Of a stretch of 64,000 nucleotides of DNA, positions 14,301-29,004 are shown one piece after another. Source of the DNA: Eledone cirrhosa (Eukaryota); assembly GCA_964016885.1 (NCBI GenBank), contig OZ024756.1, positions 4,154,001 to 4,218,000 on the forward strand, written 5' to 3'. The notes under the pieces are model-generated. The model did no database searches and was not told the DNA's origin. It worked only from the letters and a program-made list of their open reading frames with translations. How positions within the stretch are numbered: position 1 is the first letter of the stretch; every line of letters begins with the position of its first letter. The translations under genes were made by a program, and so were the position numbers.

Positions 14301-14814
14301 TACAAGATACACAGCTATTGCATAATATTTTGTTTTTATCGCTAAACTATGGGGAAAGATAATGGCCACGATTCTTTACAGTAGTATCAAAAACTGATGG
14401 GAAGGAGGACTCTTCCCTCAACACCCCGAAGGTCAGCACTATACTCGCAGCCTTATGGTGGTCTACTCTCGGTCATCAATAATATAGCAGGGAGGCTGTA
14501 GAAGCTTATGTGGCACTCTTTGTAACACCCAGAGTGGTTTTTCAGGCATGTCATCATCTGAGAACAGTGAGATTAGACAATAGTTGGTTTTCCAAAAATA
14601 TGGTAAAAACTCCATTGGAAGATATATTGCTTGGACATTTCTTTTATCACTGTTAACTCATGGATGGAAAATGGAAATAAGTTCTTGTGACTCAAGAGCT
14701 CTGAAGTGAATGAGTGAGGGGAGATAGAGAGGGAAGGTAGAGAGGAAAGAAAGAGAGAGAAGAGATATAGCGAGAGAAGTGGAGATAGAGAGAGGAAAGA
14801 TATATATATATAGT

Positions 14815-14987
14815 AATAATTGTTTCTACTTTAGGCACAAGGCCAGCAATTATCCAATACATTACTGGTTATTTATTGTATCGACCCCGTAAGGAGGAAA
14901 GGTAAAGTTAACCTCGGCGGGATTTGGACTCAGATTGTAAAGGGACGTAACTATGCTGGAAAGCATGGCGTCCAACCCTCTACCGCT
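14815..14987 (-). mobile_element. SINE family A
   Basis: Reverse complement of the family A consensus. Confidence 0.85.
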
Positions 14988-15138
14988 TATGGTTTATATA
15001 TAATTATAAATATGGAGGGTAGTACTAAGTACTAACCAATTACCAGTAAGAGAAAAGCCTCAATGTAAATTGCCAAATATATTACAGAGCCGAGATACAA
15101 AATATAAAACAATCAAATCTTAGTTTATTACATTTAAT

Positions 15139-15185
15139 TGCTGACAATTGTTTCTTCCAGACGAATGTCTGGTTTCATCAGAGCA
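15139..15185 (-). ncRNA. Minimal type I hammerhead ribozyme motif
   Basis: Minus strand: TGCT-CTGATGA-aaCCAGAC attc GTCTGGaa-GAAA-CAATTG-TC-AGCA; palindromic stem III; GUC site. Confidence 0.75.
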
Positions 15186-15463
15186 TACGCAATGTTTAAA
15201 CAGGTAATTAAAATCCTAGTCTTCCTAGTCTTTATATAGATACATAACTATTGACAGTGTCAGTGACTTCATATTGAAAAGTAGGAGTTACAAAAAGATG
15301 TTATGTTATAGAAATCACAGTATAAGGAGCAATCGGGAAAAGTGAAAAATTGAGCATATTATATATAAAGATATTCTTTAAGGTAATATATGTGCAGAAG
15401 ATACCAAGCAGAAAAGGTGTTAGAGAAGATAGATAAAAGAGAGAAGGAGGGAGAGAGATAGGG

Positions 15464-15536
<73 letters not shown>

Positions 15537-15619
15537 TGCAAGTATCTTCAAACAATAAAGCCTGGCTGGCTAGCTCCAACATATTCAACAAAGTGGAGTC
15601 CTACTAAAATCACATAAGT

Positions 15620-15962
15620 GCCAGGTGCTGGTGGTGGTGGTGGTGATGATGATGGTGTCACTGGTGATGGTGATGGTGATGATGATGACGGTAGTGATGG
15701 CGGTGATGATGATGATGATGGTGGTAGTGATAGTAATGGAGGAGGCGATAATGATGATGACGATGAGGCCGATGTTGGTGGTGGTGGTGGTGGTGGTGAT
15801 AAATTAGGAAAGGATAATGGTGATGGTGGCGGTTATAGTGACAATGATGATGATGATGATAGTGGTGTTGATGATGGTAAGGGAAGAGGCGATAATGATA
15901 ATGGTGGTAATAACGCTGGTGATGATGATGATAGTGATGACAATGGAGGATGTAATAATGAT
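15620..15962. repeat. Degenerate (GGT/GAT)n low-complexity tract
   Basis: Direct reading. Confidence 0.9.
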
Positions 15963-15981
15963 CATTATTATAATTGTTTCG

Positions 15982-16167
15982 GTGGATTGGCAGTATCGGT
16001 AGAGAGTCGGACGCCATGCTTTGCAGCAAAGAGTTACGGCCCTTTACGGTCTGAGTTCAAATCCCGCCGAGGTTAACTTTGCCTTTCATCCTTACGAGGT
16101 CGATAAAATAGAGTACCAGTAATGTACTGTGTTAATTGCTGGCCTTGTGCCAAAAGTAGAAACAATT
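15982..16167 (+). mobile_element. SINE family A, near full length
   Basis: A-box-like TGGCAGTATCGG, B-box GAGTTCAAATC, body, tail. Confidence 0.9.
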
Positions 16168-16170
16168 TTG

Positions 16171-16367
16171 ATAATTGTTTCTATTTTTGGCACAAGGCCA
16201 GCAATTAATTATCTCAGTGTATTACTGGTACTTTATTTTATCGACCCCGTAAGGATGAAAGGCAAAGTTAACCCCGGCGGGATTTGTACGCAGACCGTAA
16301 AGGGCCGTAACTCTATAATGCCAAACATGGCGTCCGATTCTCTACCGATACTGCCAAACCACCGCCC
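16171..16367 (-). mobile_element. SINE family A, tail-to-tail with the previous copy
   Basis: Reverse complement of the consensus. Confidence 0.9.
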
Positions 16368-16381
16368 TGATGTGGAATGAA

Positions 16382-16540
16382 ATAATTGTTTCTACTATTG
16401 GCACAAGGCCAGCAATTACTCAGTACATTACTGGTACTTTATTTTATCGACCCCGTAAGGATGAAAGGCAAAGTAAACCTCGGCGGGATTTGAACTCAGA
16501 CCATAAAGGGCCGTAACTCTTTACTATAAAGTAAGGCGTC
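16382..16540 (-). mobile_element. SINE family A
   Basis: Reverse complement of the consensus, 5'-truncated. Confidence 0.88.
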
Positions 16541-16543
16541 ATT

Positions 16544-17050
16544 ATGATAATGATGATAATGGTGATGATTGTGACTATGCTAATGGTGATGATAATGATG
16601 GTGGTGATGATGGTGACGGTACTGATGGTGTTGATGGCGGTGGTGATGGTGTTGATGATGACGGTAGTGATGGTGGTGGTGATGGTGATGATGGTGGTGG
16701 TGATGGTGGTGGTGATGGTGGTGGTGATGGTGGTGATGGTGGTGGTGATGGTGATGATGGCGGTGGTGATGTTGGTGGTGGTGGTGGTGATGGTGGTGGT
16801 GATGGTGGTGGTGGTGATGGTGGTGGTGGTGGTGGTGGTGATGGTGGTGATGATGGCGGTGGTGATGGTGGTGGTGATGGTGGTGGTGGCGGTGGTGATG
16901 GTGGTGGTGGTGGTGGTGATGGTGGTGGTGATGGGGGTGGTGATGGTGGTGGTGATGGTGGTGGTGGTGATGGTGGTGGTGGTGGTGGTGGTGATGGTGG
17001 TGATGGTGTTGATGATGACGGTAGAGATGGTGGTGGTGATGGTGATGATT
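16544..17050. repeat. (GGT/GAT)n microsatellite
   Basis: Direct reading. Confidence 0.95.
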
Positions 17051-17205
17051 ATATATCCCCTTCTAAAGGAATATCTCCATAAAGTCACCAATGTTCTGTA
17101 AATATCTCTGTTGTTCTTTGTCTATCATATCTTCGCTTGGTATTTTAAAGGTACAACACTTAGCTCTGAGACATTAGCTGGGACACACTGTCTCTCTAAT
17201 ATCAT

Positions 17206-17301
<96 letters not shown>

Positions 17302-17324
17302 GTATATATAAATATAAATATATA

Positions 17325-17415
<91 letters not shown>

Positions 17416-17448
17416 GTATATATACATATATATATATATACATATATT

Positions 17449-17496
<48 letters not shown>

Positions 17497-17512
17497 TATA
17501 TACATATATATA

Positions 17513-17560
<48 letters not shown>

Positions 17561-17730
17561 TATATACATATATATACATGTATATACACACATATATATA
17601 TATATGTATATATATGTATATATATATATACATTTATATATAATATGTAAATGTATATATATACATATATATGTATGTATATATATATATATATAATGTG
17701 TTTAAGCATGTGTATAGATTTACATACACA

Positions 17731-17771
<41 letters not shown>

Positions 17772-17774
17772 ATG

Positions 17775-17831
<57 letters not shown>

Positions 17832-17903
17832 ATGTTTGTACTCACAAGAAAATCAAGGGGCAAGTGATGAAGTGAATGCCTATTAAGTAATGTTCGACTG
17901 TTA

Positions 17904-17999
<96 letters not shown>

Positions 18000-18035
18000 C
18001 ATGTGTGTGTGTGTGTGTATATATGTGTGTGCGTG

Positions 18036-18146
<111 letters not shown>

Positions 18147-18304
18147 ATATATATACGTGTGTGTGTGTATATATACATATACGTGTGTATATATCTGTTA
18201 CCACTACAAAAGACTTTTGGTCTCTTGAAAGAAATTCCTTTGCTTTGTTGGAGATATGTTTATTTAAGTTTAACTTTTTACGTAGGTTTATGAGCTACGT
18301 GAGT

Positions 18305-18835
18305 GTGTATGTGTGGACGTGTGTCTGTGTGTAGACGTGTGTGTGGAAGTGGGTAGACGTGTGTGTATATACGTGTGTGTGTGTGTGTGTGTACGTGTGT
18401 GTGTGTGTAGACGTGTGTGTGGAAGTGGGTAGACGTGTGTGTATATACGTGTGTACGTGTGTGGATTTGTGTGTGTGTGTTTGTGTGTACGTGTGTGTGT
18501 GTGCATGTGTGTGTGTGTGCGTGTGTGGATTTGTGTGTGTGTGTGTGTGTGTGTGTGTGGACGTGGGTAGACGTGTGTGTGTGTGTGGACGTGGGTAGAC
18601 GTGTGTGTGTGTGGCCGTGGGTAGACGTGTGTGTGTGTGTGGACGTGGGTAGACGTGTGTGTGTGTGGACGTGGGTAGACGTGTGTGTGTGTGGACGTGG
18701 GTAGACGTATTGTGTGGACGTGTCTGGATGGGTGTGTGTGTGTGCGTGCGTGTGTGTGTGTGGACGTCTGTGTGTGGACGTGTCTGGATGTGTGTGTGTG
18801 TGTGTGGACGTGGGTAGACGTGTGTGTGTGTGTGC
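18305..18835. repeat. (GT)n-derived minisatellite with gtggacgtgggtagacgt motif
   Basis: Recurrent motif separated by variable GT runs. Confidence 0.85.
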
Positions 18836-19249
18836 GGATGTATCATCAATGTTGATAATGAAGATGATGGGGAGAACAGCGATGGTAATGTTGATGGAGC
18901 CGCTGGTGGTAGTTTTCGAATGACTGTGTTGGTGATAGCATTGATTATAGTGGTGGTGGTGGTTGTGAGGGTGGTGATGGCGACGACAATAATGATGGTG
19001 GTGGTGGTGGTGGTGGTGATGGTAGTGCTGGTGGTGGTATTGTTTAGTGATAATGATGTCGACGACGATGGCGATGTTGATGATGATGATTTTCATTATG
19101 ATGGTGGTGGTGGCGATGATGGAATAGAGAAGGACTAGAGGAAAGAGAGAATGAACGAAAGAGAGGGAGAGAGAGAGAGGGGGGGAGAGAGACCGTTAGA
19201 AAGACACAGAGATAGACGTCGCGTTAGGGAAAGAGTGATCTATCTATCT

Positions 19250-19550
19250 AGAGCTTCAGTCCTGGGTCAAGAGAAGACTGAAAATGGGCGCCTGGCACCT
19301 CGAGTGCCTTCAGGCACTCACAGCCCTCTATCAAGGGGAAACGGCAATCAGCAGAGACTGTTCTTCGACATTCTATAGGGGATTAGTGGAGGATAAGTGC
19401 GACGACGTTCTTGGGGAAACTCTAGGCATCGAGACAAACGAACTGACCAGTCTGTTTAGGAGGACTTTCCGTCCAGGGCCTATGGATAACTTCCAGATGT
19501 CTCTAGCCTGGCAGTGCTACCGAGGAGCTCTACCAGTTTGAGACAAAATC
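19250..19550 (+). mobile_element. Tx1/L1-group LINE ORF2 C-terminal fragment
   Basis: Peptide ..SLAWQCYRGALPV*DK resembles the W...GALP motif preceding the zf-RVT region. Confidence 0.5.
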
Positions 19551-19835
19551 TTCTTTCTAAAGCGCTCATATATTCACCTAGCTTACGCTAAACAGAATAA
19601 TTATGAAGCTTGTTTCATTCCCCTACGGTTAGCTATACTCTTTGTTGTTCTCCTGTCTCACTCGCTTTACGCGTTTTAATTGTCCTAATAACTTATTTTA
19701 GTTATTATTGCACCGACGTGAGGTATATGATTTTTAATGCAATGAAATATCTATGATCGTCGGCAAATCACTGATGAGGGACTCATTTTATTACATGTTA
19801 TCCATGCGCTACCTGCAGTATTTTTCTCCATATTT

Positions 19836-19870
<35 letters not shown>

Positions 19871-19871
<1 letters not shown>

Positions 19872-20020
19872 CGAAGGAAGTGTGGTAAGGAACCAGATGG
19901 ACCATAACGCACCAGAGTACTCAATATTTAGGGTTGTAGAGTGGGTAATAGGAAAATGTTTAAGTCCAGAAATAACCGTCGAAACGGCTTGAGTTCTGCC
20001 GTCGAGTTAAACATTTTCCT
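19871..20020. mobile_element. Fold-back family F1, diverged copy
   Basis: Same tail; short left arm aggaaaatgtttaa / ttaaacattttcct. Confidence 0.8.
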
Positions 20021-20118
20021 ATATTTATATATATATATTATCAAATACTGTTGGCTTCATGCTCACAATAATTTTTATACTTTCATTTATATATATGTAT
20101 ATATATATATATATATAT

Positions 20119-20318
20119 AGTAATAATAATAAATTTGAAGACTAAAATCCAAAGAGGGCTCGATAAGGTTAAATATATATCAAATATATAAGAACCGTAG
20201 AGCAAATATTTATTAAAATAACAGATTAAAGTTTAGATTGACTTTCAGATTAGTTTCAGAAGATCCCGTTAAGGGTGAAAGCAGCGATTCTTTGCTTAAA
20301 CTTTAATCTGTTATTTTA

Positions 20319-20326
<8 letters not shown>
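20119..20326. mobile_element. Fold-back family F2 with HHR-like motif (20252-20302, CAGAAGA core)
   Basis: Tail plus arms ~20205-20235 / 20297-20326; AGTTT-CAGAAGA-tCCC gttaa GGGt-GAAA-GCAG..TTGC-TT-AAACT; relatives at 23716-23880, 56186-56251, 56862-57081. Confidence 0.75.
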
Positions 20327-21502
<1,176 letters not shown>

Positions 21503-21810
21503 TAGAGAAAGGGTGCAACTTGAGAGAGAATGAAGGAGAGTGAGAAAGATATTAGAGAAAAGATGAAGAATTTGGAGAACTATTAACTAGAATGACATTA
21601 AACAAAAGAAAAAGTGGAATCTTCCATTTCCACAGAATGGTTCCAGCTGCTGTCTTTGGGTTGACTTTAACAAACAAACCCAACATTTTTCGGATTCTAC
21701 AAGAATGTTGATTAAGCAAATCCTGAACTACTTAACATATCTTTGTTGTTCTTCTTTCTAAGGTGTTTTTAGTCTTCAATGAACTGTAATGTAATGATAG
21801 TTGTATTAGA

Positions 21811-22635
21811 GCGGTGGTGGTGGAGTTGGTGTGGTGGTGTGTAGTAGTGGTGGTGGTGTTGGTGGTGGTGGTGGTGGGGTATTGGTGGTGATGTTGTTGT
21901 TGTTGGTGTTGGTGGTAGTGGAGGTGGCGGTGGTGGTGTGTAGTGGGGGGTGTAGTGGTGTGGGTGGGGGTGTTGTGGTAGTGGCGATGGTGGCGGTGGT
22001 GGTTTGGGGGGGCTGCTGGTGGTGGTGGTGGTGGTGTTGTTGGTGGTGGTGGTGGAGGTTGTGGTGGTGGTGGTGGTGGTGGTGTGTAGTGTTGTTGTTG
22101 TTGGTGCTGGTGTGTAGTGGTTGTTGTGGTGGTGGTGGTGGTGTGTAGTGGTGGTGGTGTTGGTGGTGCTGGTTGTGGTGGTTGTGGTGGAGGTGGTGGT
22201 GGTGGTGGTGTGAGTGGTTGTGGTGGTGGTGTGAATGGTTGTGGTGGTGGTGCTGATGATGATGGTGGTGTGTCGTGGTAGTGGTGGTGTCGGTGGTTAT
22301 AGTTGTCTTACAGCGGTGGTGGTGGTGGTGGTGGTGATGGTAGTGATGATAGTGTGGGTTGTGTAGTAGTGGTGGTGGTGGTGTGTAGTGATGGTGGTGG
22401 AGTGTAGTGATGGTGTATAGGAAGGTAGTCTGTAGAGGTGATGGCGGCTGGTAGTGGTGGCGATGGTGACGGTATTGTGATGGTGGCGGGGCTGTTGTTT
22501 GGTCGTTGGTGATGGTAGTGTGAAATGGTAACTGGTGGTGGTGGTGGTGGTGGTCATGGTAGGGATGGCGGCAGTGGAGCTAGTTGTCGTGCTGGTGACA
22601 GTTTGTGGTGGTGATGGTGGTGGAGGTAGTGGTTG
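21811..22635. repeat. Degenerate (GGT)n tract
   Basis: Direct reading. Confidence 0.9.
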
Positions 22636-22652
22636 TACGCACACACATAAAG

Positions 22653-22685
<33 letters not shown>

Positions 22686-22724
22686 TATATATAGTGTGAG
22701 TGAATAACAATAATATTATGAAAA

Positions 22725-22932
22725 TGGTTTCTTATATAGGCACAAGGCCAGCAATTTTGGGGGAGGGGGGAACGTCAATTAAATGGAACTCAGTGCGTGA
22801 CTGGTACTTTATTTTATCGACCCCATAAGGGCGAAAGGCAAAGTTAACCTCGTCAGGATTTGAACTCAGATCATAAAGGGCCGTAACTCTATACTGCAAA
22901 CATGGCGTCCGACCCTCTCCCGATACTGCCAG
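22725..22932 (-). mobile_element. SINE family A variant
   Basis: Consensus match with an extra ggggagggggg segment. Confidence 0.8.
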
Positions 22933-23174
22933 ATAATATATTATTAATACTCGGTTTGTTTACAAGTAAACACCACGTGTTAGATGACATCATCCTTTTG
23001 TTCCAGGAGTAGCTGAGAGAAAACAATCAACAATTGACAATTGACAATTGTTTCCGAGTGTCTTGCTCATTGTCAATATTGTGTATTCTCTCGTCTCTGC
23101 TACCTGCTGCAACTGCTGAGAATTCATAGTATTCTCAGATGTATACATCGGCTGATTAGCCTCATTTACATACC

Positions 23175-23617
23175 ATTGCTGTAGTGGAGACTGTGCAGCT
23201 GTGTGGGTCTGCGACTTGGACACTGACCAAGAAACTCACTCAGATGGTGGATGGGTGCTACACGAGAATGCTGAGGATGGCTCTGAACATTAATAAGTAT
23301 ACACTGAGGATGAAAAACTCAGAGCTGTATGGGAGCATCCCAAAAGTCAGCTCAAAAGTGACACAGAGGAGACTGAGGTTAGCTGGACATGCTCACCGAC
23401 ATCCAGAGTTGACATTGCACTCAGTGCTCGTGTGGGAGCCCCTACATGGATACACTAGAAGAGGAAGACCAAGGTTAACGTATGTTGATGCCCTAAGGAC
23501 AGACACTGGTCTGTTGGAGACGCAGGACATGGCAGCGATAATGAGGGACAGAGACCGCTGGAGACATCTCGTCCATGGATCTCGGGAATTTTACCCGCCT
23601 TAGATAGATAGATAGAC
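23175..23617 (+). mobile_element. 5'-truncated RTE-clade LINE 3' end
   Basis: ORF 23184-23603: SATWTLTK..DGCYTRMLRMAL, RRLRLAGH, RRGRPRLTYVD, RDRWR; (TAGA)n tail; possible TSD acatacc. Confidence 0.88.
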
Positions 23618-23657
23618 ATACCGAGCGATTTTTCTTTTTTAATATATATTTATTTGG

Positions 23658-23715
<58 letters not shown>

Positions 23716-23719
<4 letters not shown>

Positions 23720-23880
23720 ATAATAATAAAACAAAGAGGGCTCGATAAGGATAAATATATATCAAATATATAAGAACCGTAGAGCAAATATTTATTAAAA
23801 TAACAGATTAAAGTTTAAGCAAAGAATCGCTGCTTTCACCCTGCGATTCTTTGCTTAAACTTTAATCTGTTATTTTATAT
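23716..23880. mobile_element. Fold-back family F2 copy
   Basis: Same tail and arms as 20119-20326; junction inside the HHR stem II/III. Confidence 0.8.
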
Positions 23881-24081
23881 ATATATATATACGGTCGTAA
23901 ATACCTGGATAAAATCCTTCTATTAATGCTTACCTGTGTTTTCTCTTTTATACTTTATACTCCAAGATTGAACGGAATTCTTACAAACTTGTGGAGTTAC
24001 CCCTAACCGTACGTTGAAACCATCCATGAAACTGGCTTTCTTAACCAAAAACTGGATCACAATAAGCAATTTCTTGCTTTT

Positions 24082-24130
<49 letters not shown>

Positions 24131-24411
24131 CTCGATTTTTCAAGTCTCCTTCTCAACAAGAAAAATGAAAAGTCTTGCTTCAGCACTTATATTTAATTCT
24201 TATTAATTCTTTTTAATTGTACTACTCAACATTTGATAAGATCGATTTCACTAATACATCGAAACCGTTTATATTTTATATATTTTATATACTTTATATA
24301 CATCGTAAAACTCTTTTAAAAGAATCGTCATTCTCTATTTTTCAATAATGTTACTTTGACGAAAAAGAAAAACAAAAAAAACAAATCCTTAAATATATTT
24401 TCCGTGCTATT

Positions 24412-24511
<100 letters not shown>

Positions 24512-24718
24512 TGTGTGTGAATATATGTCTGTGTGTGTATATATATGTATATATATATATGTATATAGATATATATATATATATTATTTTATCATGAGTT
24601 AAGGCTCTATTGATTTTTCCCTGGATTTCACTAAATTCTGTGGATGAATTTATATCCTGATTCTCTTTTGCTACATAGAGCACTCTTTTTTCCTGGACTT
24701 TTCCGACGGAATTACTTC

Positions 24719-24831
<113 letters not shown>

Positions 24832-25257
24832 GAAATTAGAAATAGCACGGAAAATATATTTAAGAATCTGTTTTTCATTTTTTCCTTTTTATATATATTA
24901 TGGAATACTGTTGGCTTTTCGCTACAATGTTTTCTATACCTTTCATTTATATATATTTATATATATATATATCTCCTTATAATATATAACCAGCAATTTC
25001 TCTGTCTGTCTGTCCGACAGTGGAAGCACGTGCGCGCGTGGTTGCTATCTCTCTCTCTCTCTCCAGCTATCCCTCTCTTTTAGTCTGTCTGTTTCTCTCA
25101 CTCTCACTCTTTCTCTTTGTAACACACTAACATTCCTCCCCTCTATCGCTGTGACGAACGGGAAGATGGAGGAGGAGGAGGAGGAGAGAGTCACTTCGTC
25201 ACTTCACCTCTGCCTTTCTTTCTCTCCCTTCACACTCCCTCATTACATACAGACATT

Positions 25258-25449
25258 AGGGCGTGGATTGGCAGAATCTGTAGAGAGTCGGACACCATGC
25301 TTCATAGCATGGAGTTACGTCCCTTTACGGTCTGAGTTCAAATACCGCCGAGGTTAACTTTGCCTTTATCCTCACGGGGTCGATAAAATAAAGTACCAGT
25401 AATGTACTGGGTGATTGCTGGCCTTGTGCCAAAAGTAGAAACAATTATT
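25258..25449 (+). mobile_element. SINE family A
   Basis: A/B boxes, body, tail. Confidence 0.88.
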
Positions 25450-25566
25450 AGAAACATTGCTTCATTTTTACATATCTAAGCATTAGTAAAATAACTAATA
25501 ATTTCAAAAGTAATTTTTCAATTCCAATTGTTATGAACAGCAAAACATTAATAATAATTTTGTTCT

Positions 25567-26005
25567 GAGAAATATATATACATTTCTGTGTGTGTAATAT
25601 ATATATATATACGTACACAGACATATATATACATTTCTGTGTGTGTAATATATATATATACACACAGAAATATATATACATTTCTGTGTGTGTAATATAT
25701 ATATATATACGCACACAGACATATATATACATTTCTGTGTGTGTAATATATATATATACACACAGAAATATATATACATTTCTGTGTGTGTAATATATAT
25801 ATATATACACACACACAGAAATATATATATATACACACAGAAATATATATACATTTCTGTGAGTGTAATATATATATATATACACACAGAAATATATATA
25901 CATTTCTGTGTGTGTAATATATATATATATATATACACACACAGAAATATATATACATTTCTGTGTGTGTAATATATATATATATATACACACACAGAAA
26001 TATAT
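25567..26005. repeat. ~45-50-bp hairpin-containing minisatellite
   Basis: Unit cacacagaaat-atatatac-atttctgtgtg-tgtaa(ta)n, about 9 copies. Confidence 0.9.
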
Positions 26006-26010
26006 GGGCA

Positions 26011-26062
<52 letters not shown>

Positions 26063-26532
26063 CTTCCCTAAAACTCAAATGTAGGTGCTACAGAAACATT
26101 ACCTTCCCCTTCTTTTCTCCACTTTGGTACTACCAAGAGAAACACTGTCGCTATAGAAACATTACCTTCCCCTCTCCACTGACTTTGGTCACTGAGGCCG
26201 AGGGAATCGCTGGTTGCTATAGAGACACCTTGCACAAGCCAGACGTAACCAGTTCGAGGCGGTTCTGACTTGACACCATGCCAAGGACCATTTGAAGATA
26301 TATTTCCATCGTTATATCATAACGTTTAGGTATCATAACGTTTATATTTCCGTCACTAATCTCTTTTTCTCCTTTTTCGTTTTAACATATATTTATTTCA
26401 AAGATTTCACCGTATAGATAACATATATATTTATACATGCATAAAAAACATTTCTCATCCAAATCTCAACAATATCAGTATATACACTAGATTTGCTAGC
26501 AGAAAACCGCCCACCGGGTGGTTTTCTGCTAG

Positions 26533-27446
26533 TCTATATATATAAAACTGAGGATGTCTGTCTGTGTGTGTATGAGTTTGAATCCCTAAAACTTGAGAAC
26601 CACCCAACCGACTGTTTTCAAACTTTACAATGTAATACTTATGTTTCAGGGAGTGTTCTAAGCAACAAAAATTTCGAATTGTCAAATCTCTAGGGACCGC
26701 ATTAAGCGATTTAGCGATCTCTCTCTATAATCCCTAGTCTTTCTCTTTTTAGATAGATACATACATATAACGTCGCACCCTTATAATATCTCTCTGTAAG
26801 TCTGGCTGTTTGCATCACGTTACTTCCCTGAGGATGTGTATGTGTGTGTCTGTGAGTTTGAATCCCTAAAACTTTAGAAGTACCCAACCGATGTTTTTCA
26901 AACTTTACATGTGTATTACTTATGTTTCAGGGAGTGTTATGCACATAAAAAAAATTCAACATTTTGATCACCTGCATCACCGCATTAGATGAAAAACTTC
27001 GTTTTTTAAGCTTTTTAGGGGGGGGGGGGTTATGTGTTACGTCAGACCGATTTCCTTGAAATTGTAACTATGTATTAGTCAGTGTCTTCTTCATACCGTG
27101 AGCAAAAAAAAAACAACTTTTCTATGAACTAGGGCCCGCATTAGGTGAAAAACTTCATTTTTTCAACTTTTTAGGGCTTTTTTGAGGCGTTACGTCTAGC
27201 CGATTTTCCCGAAATTTCAAAGCATATTATACACATAAAAAAAATTCATTTTCTTGGTCCCCTAGGGCCCGCATTAGGTGAAAACCTGCATTTTTCCTGC
27301 TTCATCGAGGAAAATCTTAAAGATTATCCAGCCATCAGAGTATTCTGTTTATTTTCTTGACATATTGTCCAGGCATGCAGTTTTTCCACGATTAGGTCTG
27401 TTGGCGGCCCGTGTTCCAATATACCTTATCCCGTGCAACACCGCTA

Positions 27447-27447
<1 letters not shown>
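26533..27447 (+). mobile_element. Putative non-autonomous Helitron
   Basis: 5' TCTATATATATAAAACTGAGG..tgtctgtctgtgtg; internal repeats (tagggcccgcattaggtgaaaa); 3' cccgtgcaacaccgCTAG|T. Confidence 0.7.
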
Positions 27448-27492
<45 letters not shown>

Positions 27493-27494
<2 letters not shown>

Positions 27495-27569
27495 CGAAGG
27501 AATTGTGGTAAGGATCCAGATGGATCATAAAGTACTCAATACTTAGGGTAGTAGAGTGGGTAATAGGAA

Positions 27570-27573
<4 letters not shown>
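27493..27573. mobile_element. Family F1 tail fragment
   Basis: acgaagga..gtagagtgggtaataggaac. Confidence 0.75.
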
Positions 27574-27659
<86 letters not shown>

Positions 27660-27874
27660 GTGAGGCTTCTGATATGAAATCGTGTGTCGAAACAAATATT
27701 GTCATACTTGGGGAGGGTGATATTGTTGTAATAATATTGCCAGAAATAATAACAGAACACACTCACTGTTTGGTTGGTTTTCGCTTCTGTATCTTTTATA
27801 TCTCCATAGTCAATTCATTCGGTCCTCAATGTTTACCATTGACTGACCAACGGTCAAAAATACAAATTTAATTT

Positions 27875-29004
27875 AGTAATAAGGACACCCCAACAAGAGA
27901 GTACTAACAAGTATGATTTAGAATGTAGCACAATGGAAAGCATCGAGCAGATAGCTAACTCTAGACACCAGAGTATAACTGTAACTATCGACTACCCTTC
28001 CATCACCCTAACAGTAGACTACCTGTATTAGACACGGAACTCTGGCTTAACACTATAGGTGAGAGGGCCCACATTCTCCACTCACACTACGTTAAACCCA
28101 TGGCCTCCAAATACCTGATACTCAAAAACTCAGCAATGTCCAGTAGTGCTAAGTTTAATATTCTGATCACAGACTTGGTACGAGTGATGAAGAACGCGTC
28201 CCGCATGTTCGACCCAACAGAAATGGAAAGACACATCCAACACTTCATCAACCGCATGCAGTTCTCTGGCTACAACCAAAGAGACAGAATCAGAGTATAC
28301 AAAGGAGCCATGGAAAAGTATAAGACCCTCATAGAACTGGACATGAATGGAATTTGCTCATTTCACAGGAGCAAATCATGGAATAGCTTAGATAGGGCTA
28401 GACATAAGATAGGGAAAGCCACCTCATGGTACGACAACCAGAGATACCAGAGTGTCATGTTCGTGGACGCTATCCCTGGAGGAATATTAGCTAACCAGTG
28501 TAGAAAGGCCCTGAGAAAGACCCACTTAAAGATTAAGGTGGTAGAAAAGCCAGGAACCACCATAAAATCCCTGATCAGCAAAACATACCCTTTTAAGAAA
28601 ACCCACTGTACTAATAGGAAATGTATTATATGTAAGGTAAACCCCCGGATAAACTGTAAAACTAGAAACGTAGTCTATAGCATAAGATGGTCAGAGGGTA
28701 CTTGCAGAAACATGACAACAACATACATAGGCCAGACAGTTCGTAGCATAGGTGAAAGGATAGACCAACACTGGGGGAACTAAAAGGACGAAAAAACGGT
28801 TCAGTACTATACGAACACGCCAGACAACATGATGGTAACCTAGACAACATAGAAATTAAAATAATATCTAAACATAGAAATGACCCAGCAGATAGGCAAA
28901 TCAGAGAAGCAAGCGATATAGAACTTAGAAGGCAAAAGATAAACAGAAAAAATGAATGGAATAACAACACCCAAACAAACAATACTGACTTAAGAGAAAT
29001 ATAA
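27875..29004 (+). pseudogene. PLE polyprotein remnant: RT C-terminus/thumb, Cys-rich linker, GIY-YIG endonuclease
   Basis: IANS..I.VT.DYPS (frameshift) RLPVLD; HYVKPMAS; CTNRKCIICK..CKTRNVVYSI..YIGQTVRSIGERIDQH; premature stop at 28781 then SVLYEHARQH..RQIREA..INRKNEW. Confidence 0.88.

Larger units (their letters stand above)
24972..26532 (+). mobile_element. Putative non-autonomous Helitron, with nested SINE and minisatellite
   Basis: 5' A|TC..tataatatataa..ctgtctgtctgt start; 3' hairpin ctagcagaaaacc..ggttttctgCTAG|T. Confidence 0.55.

Noticed and set aside
15982-16075. tRNA gene
   Set aside because: The A/B boxes belong to a SINE head, continue into the SINE body, and form no cloverleaf.
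19771-19800. CTGATGA as a hammerhead core (also ~11809 and ~44004)
   Set aside because: No suitably placed stem II, GAAA and stem I' could be found.
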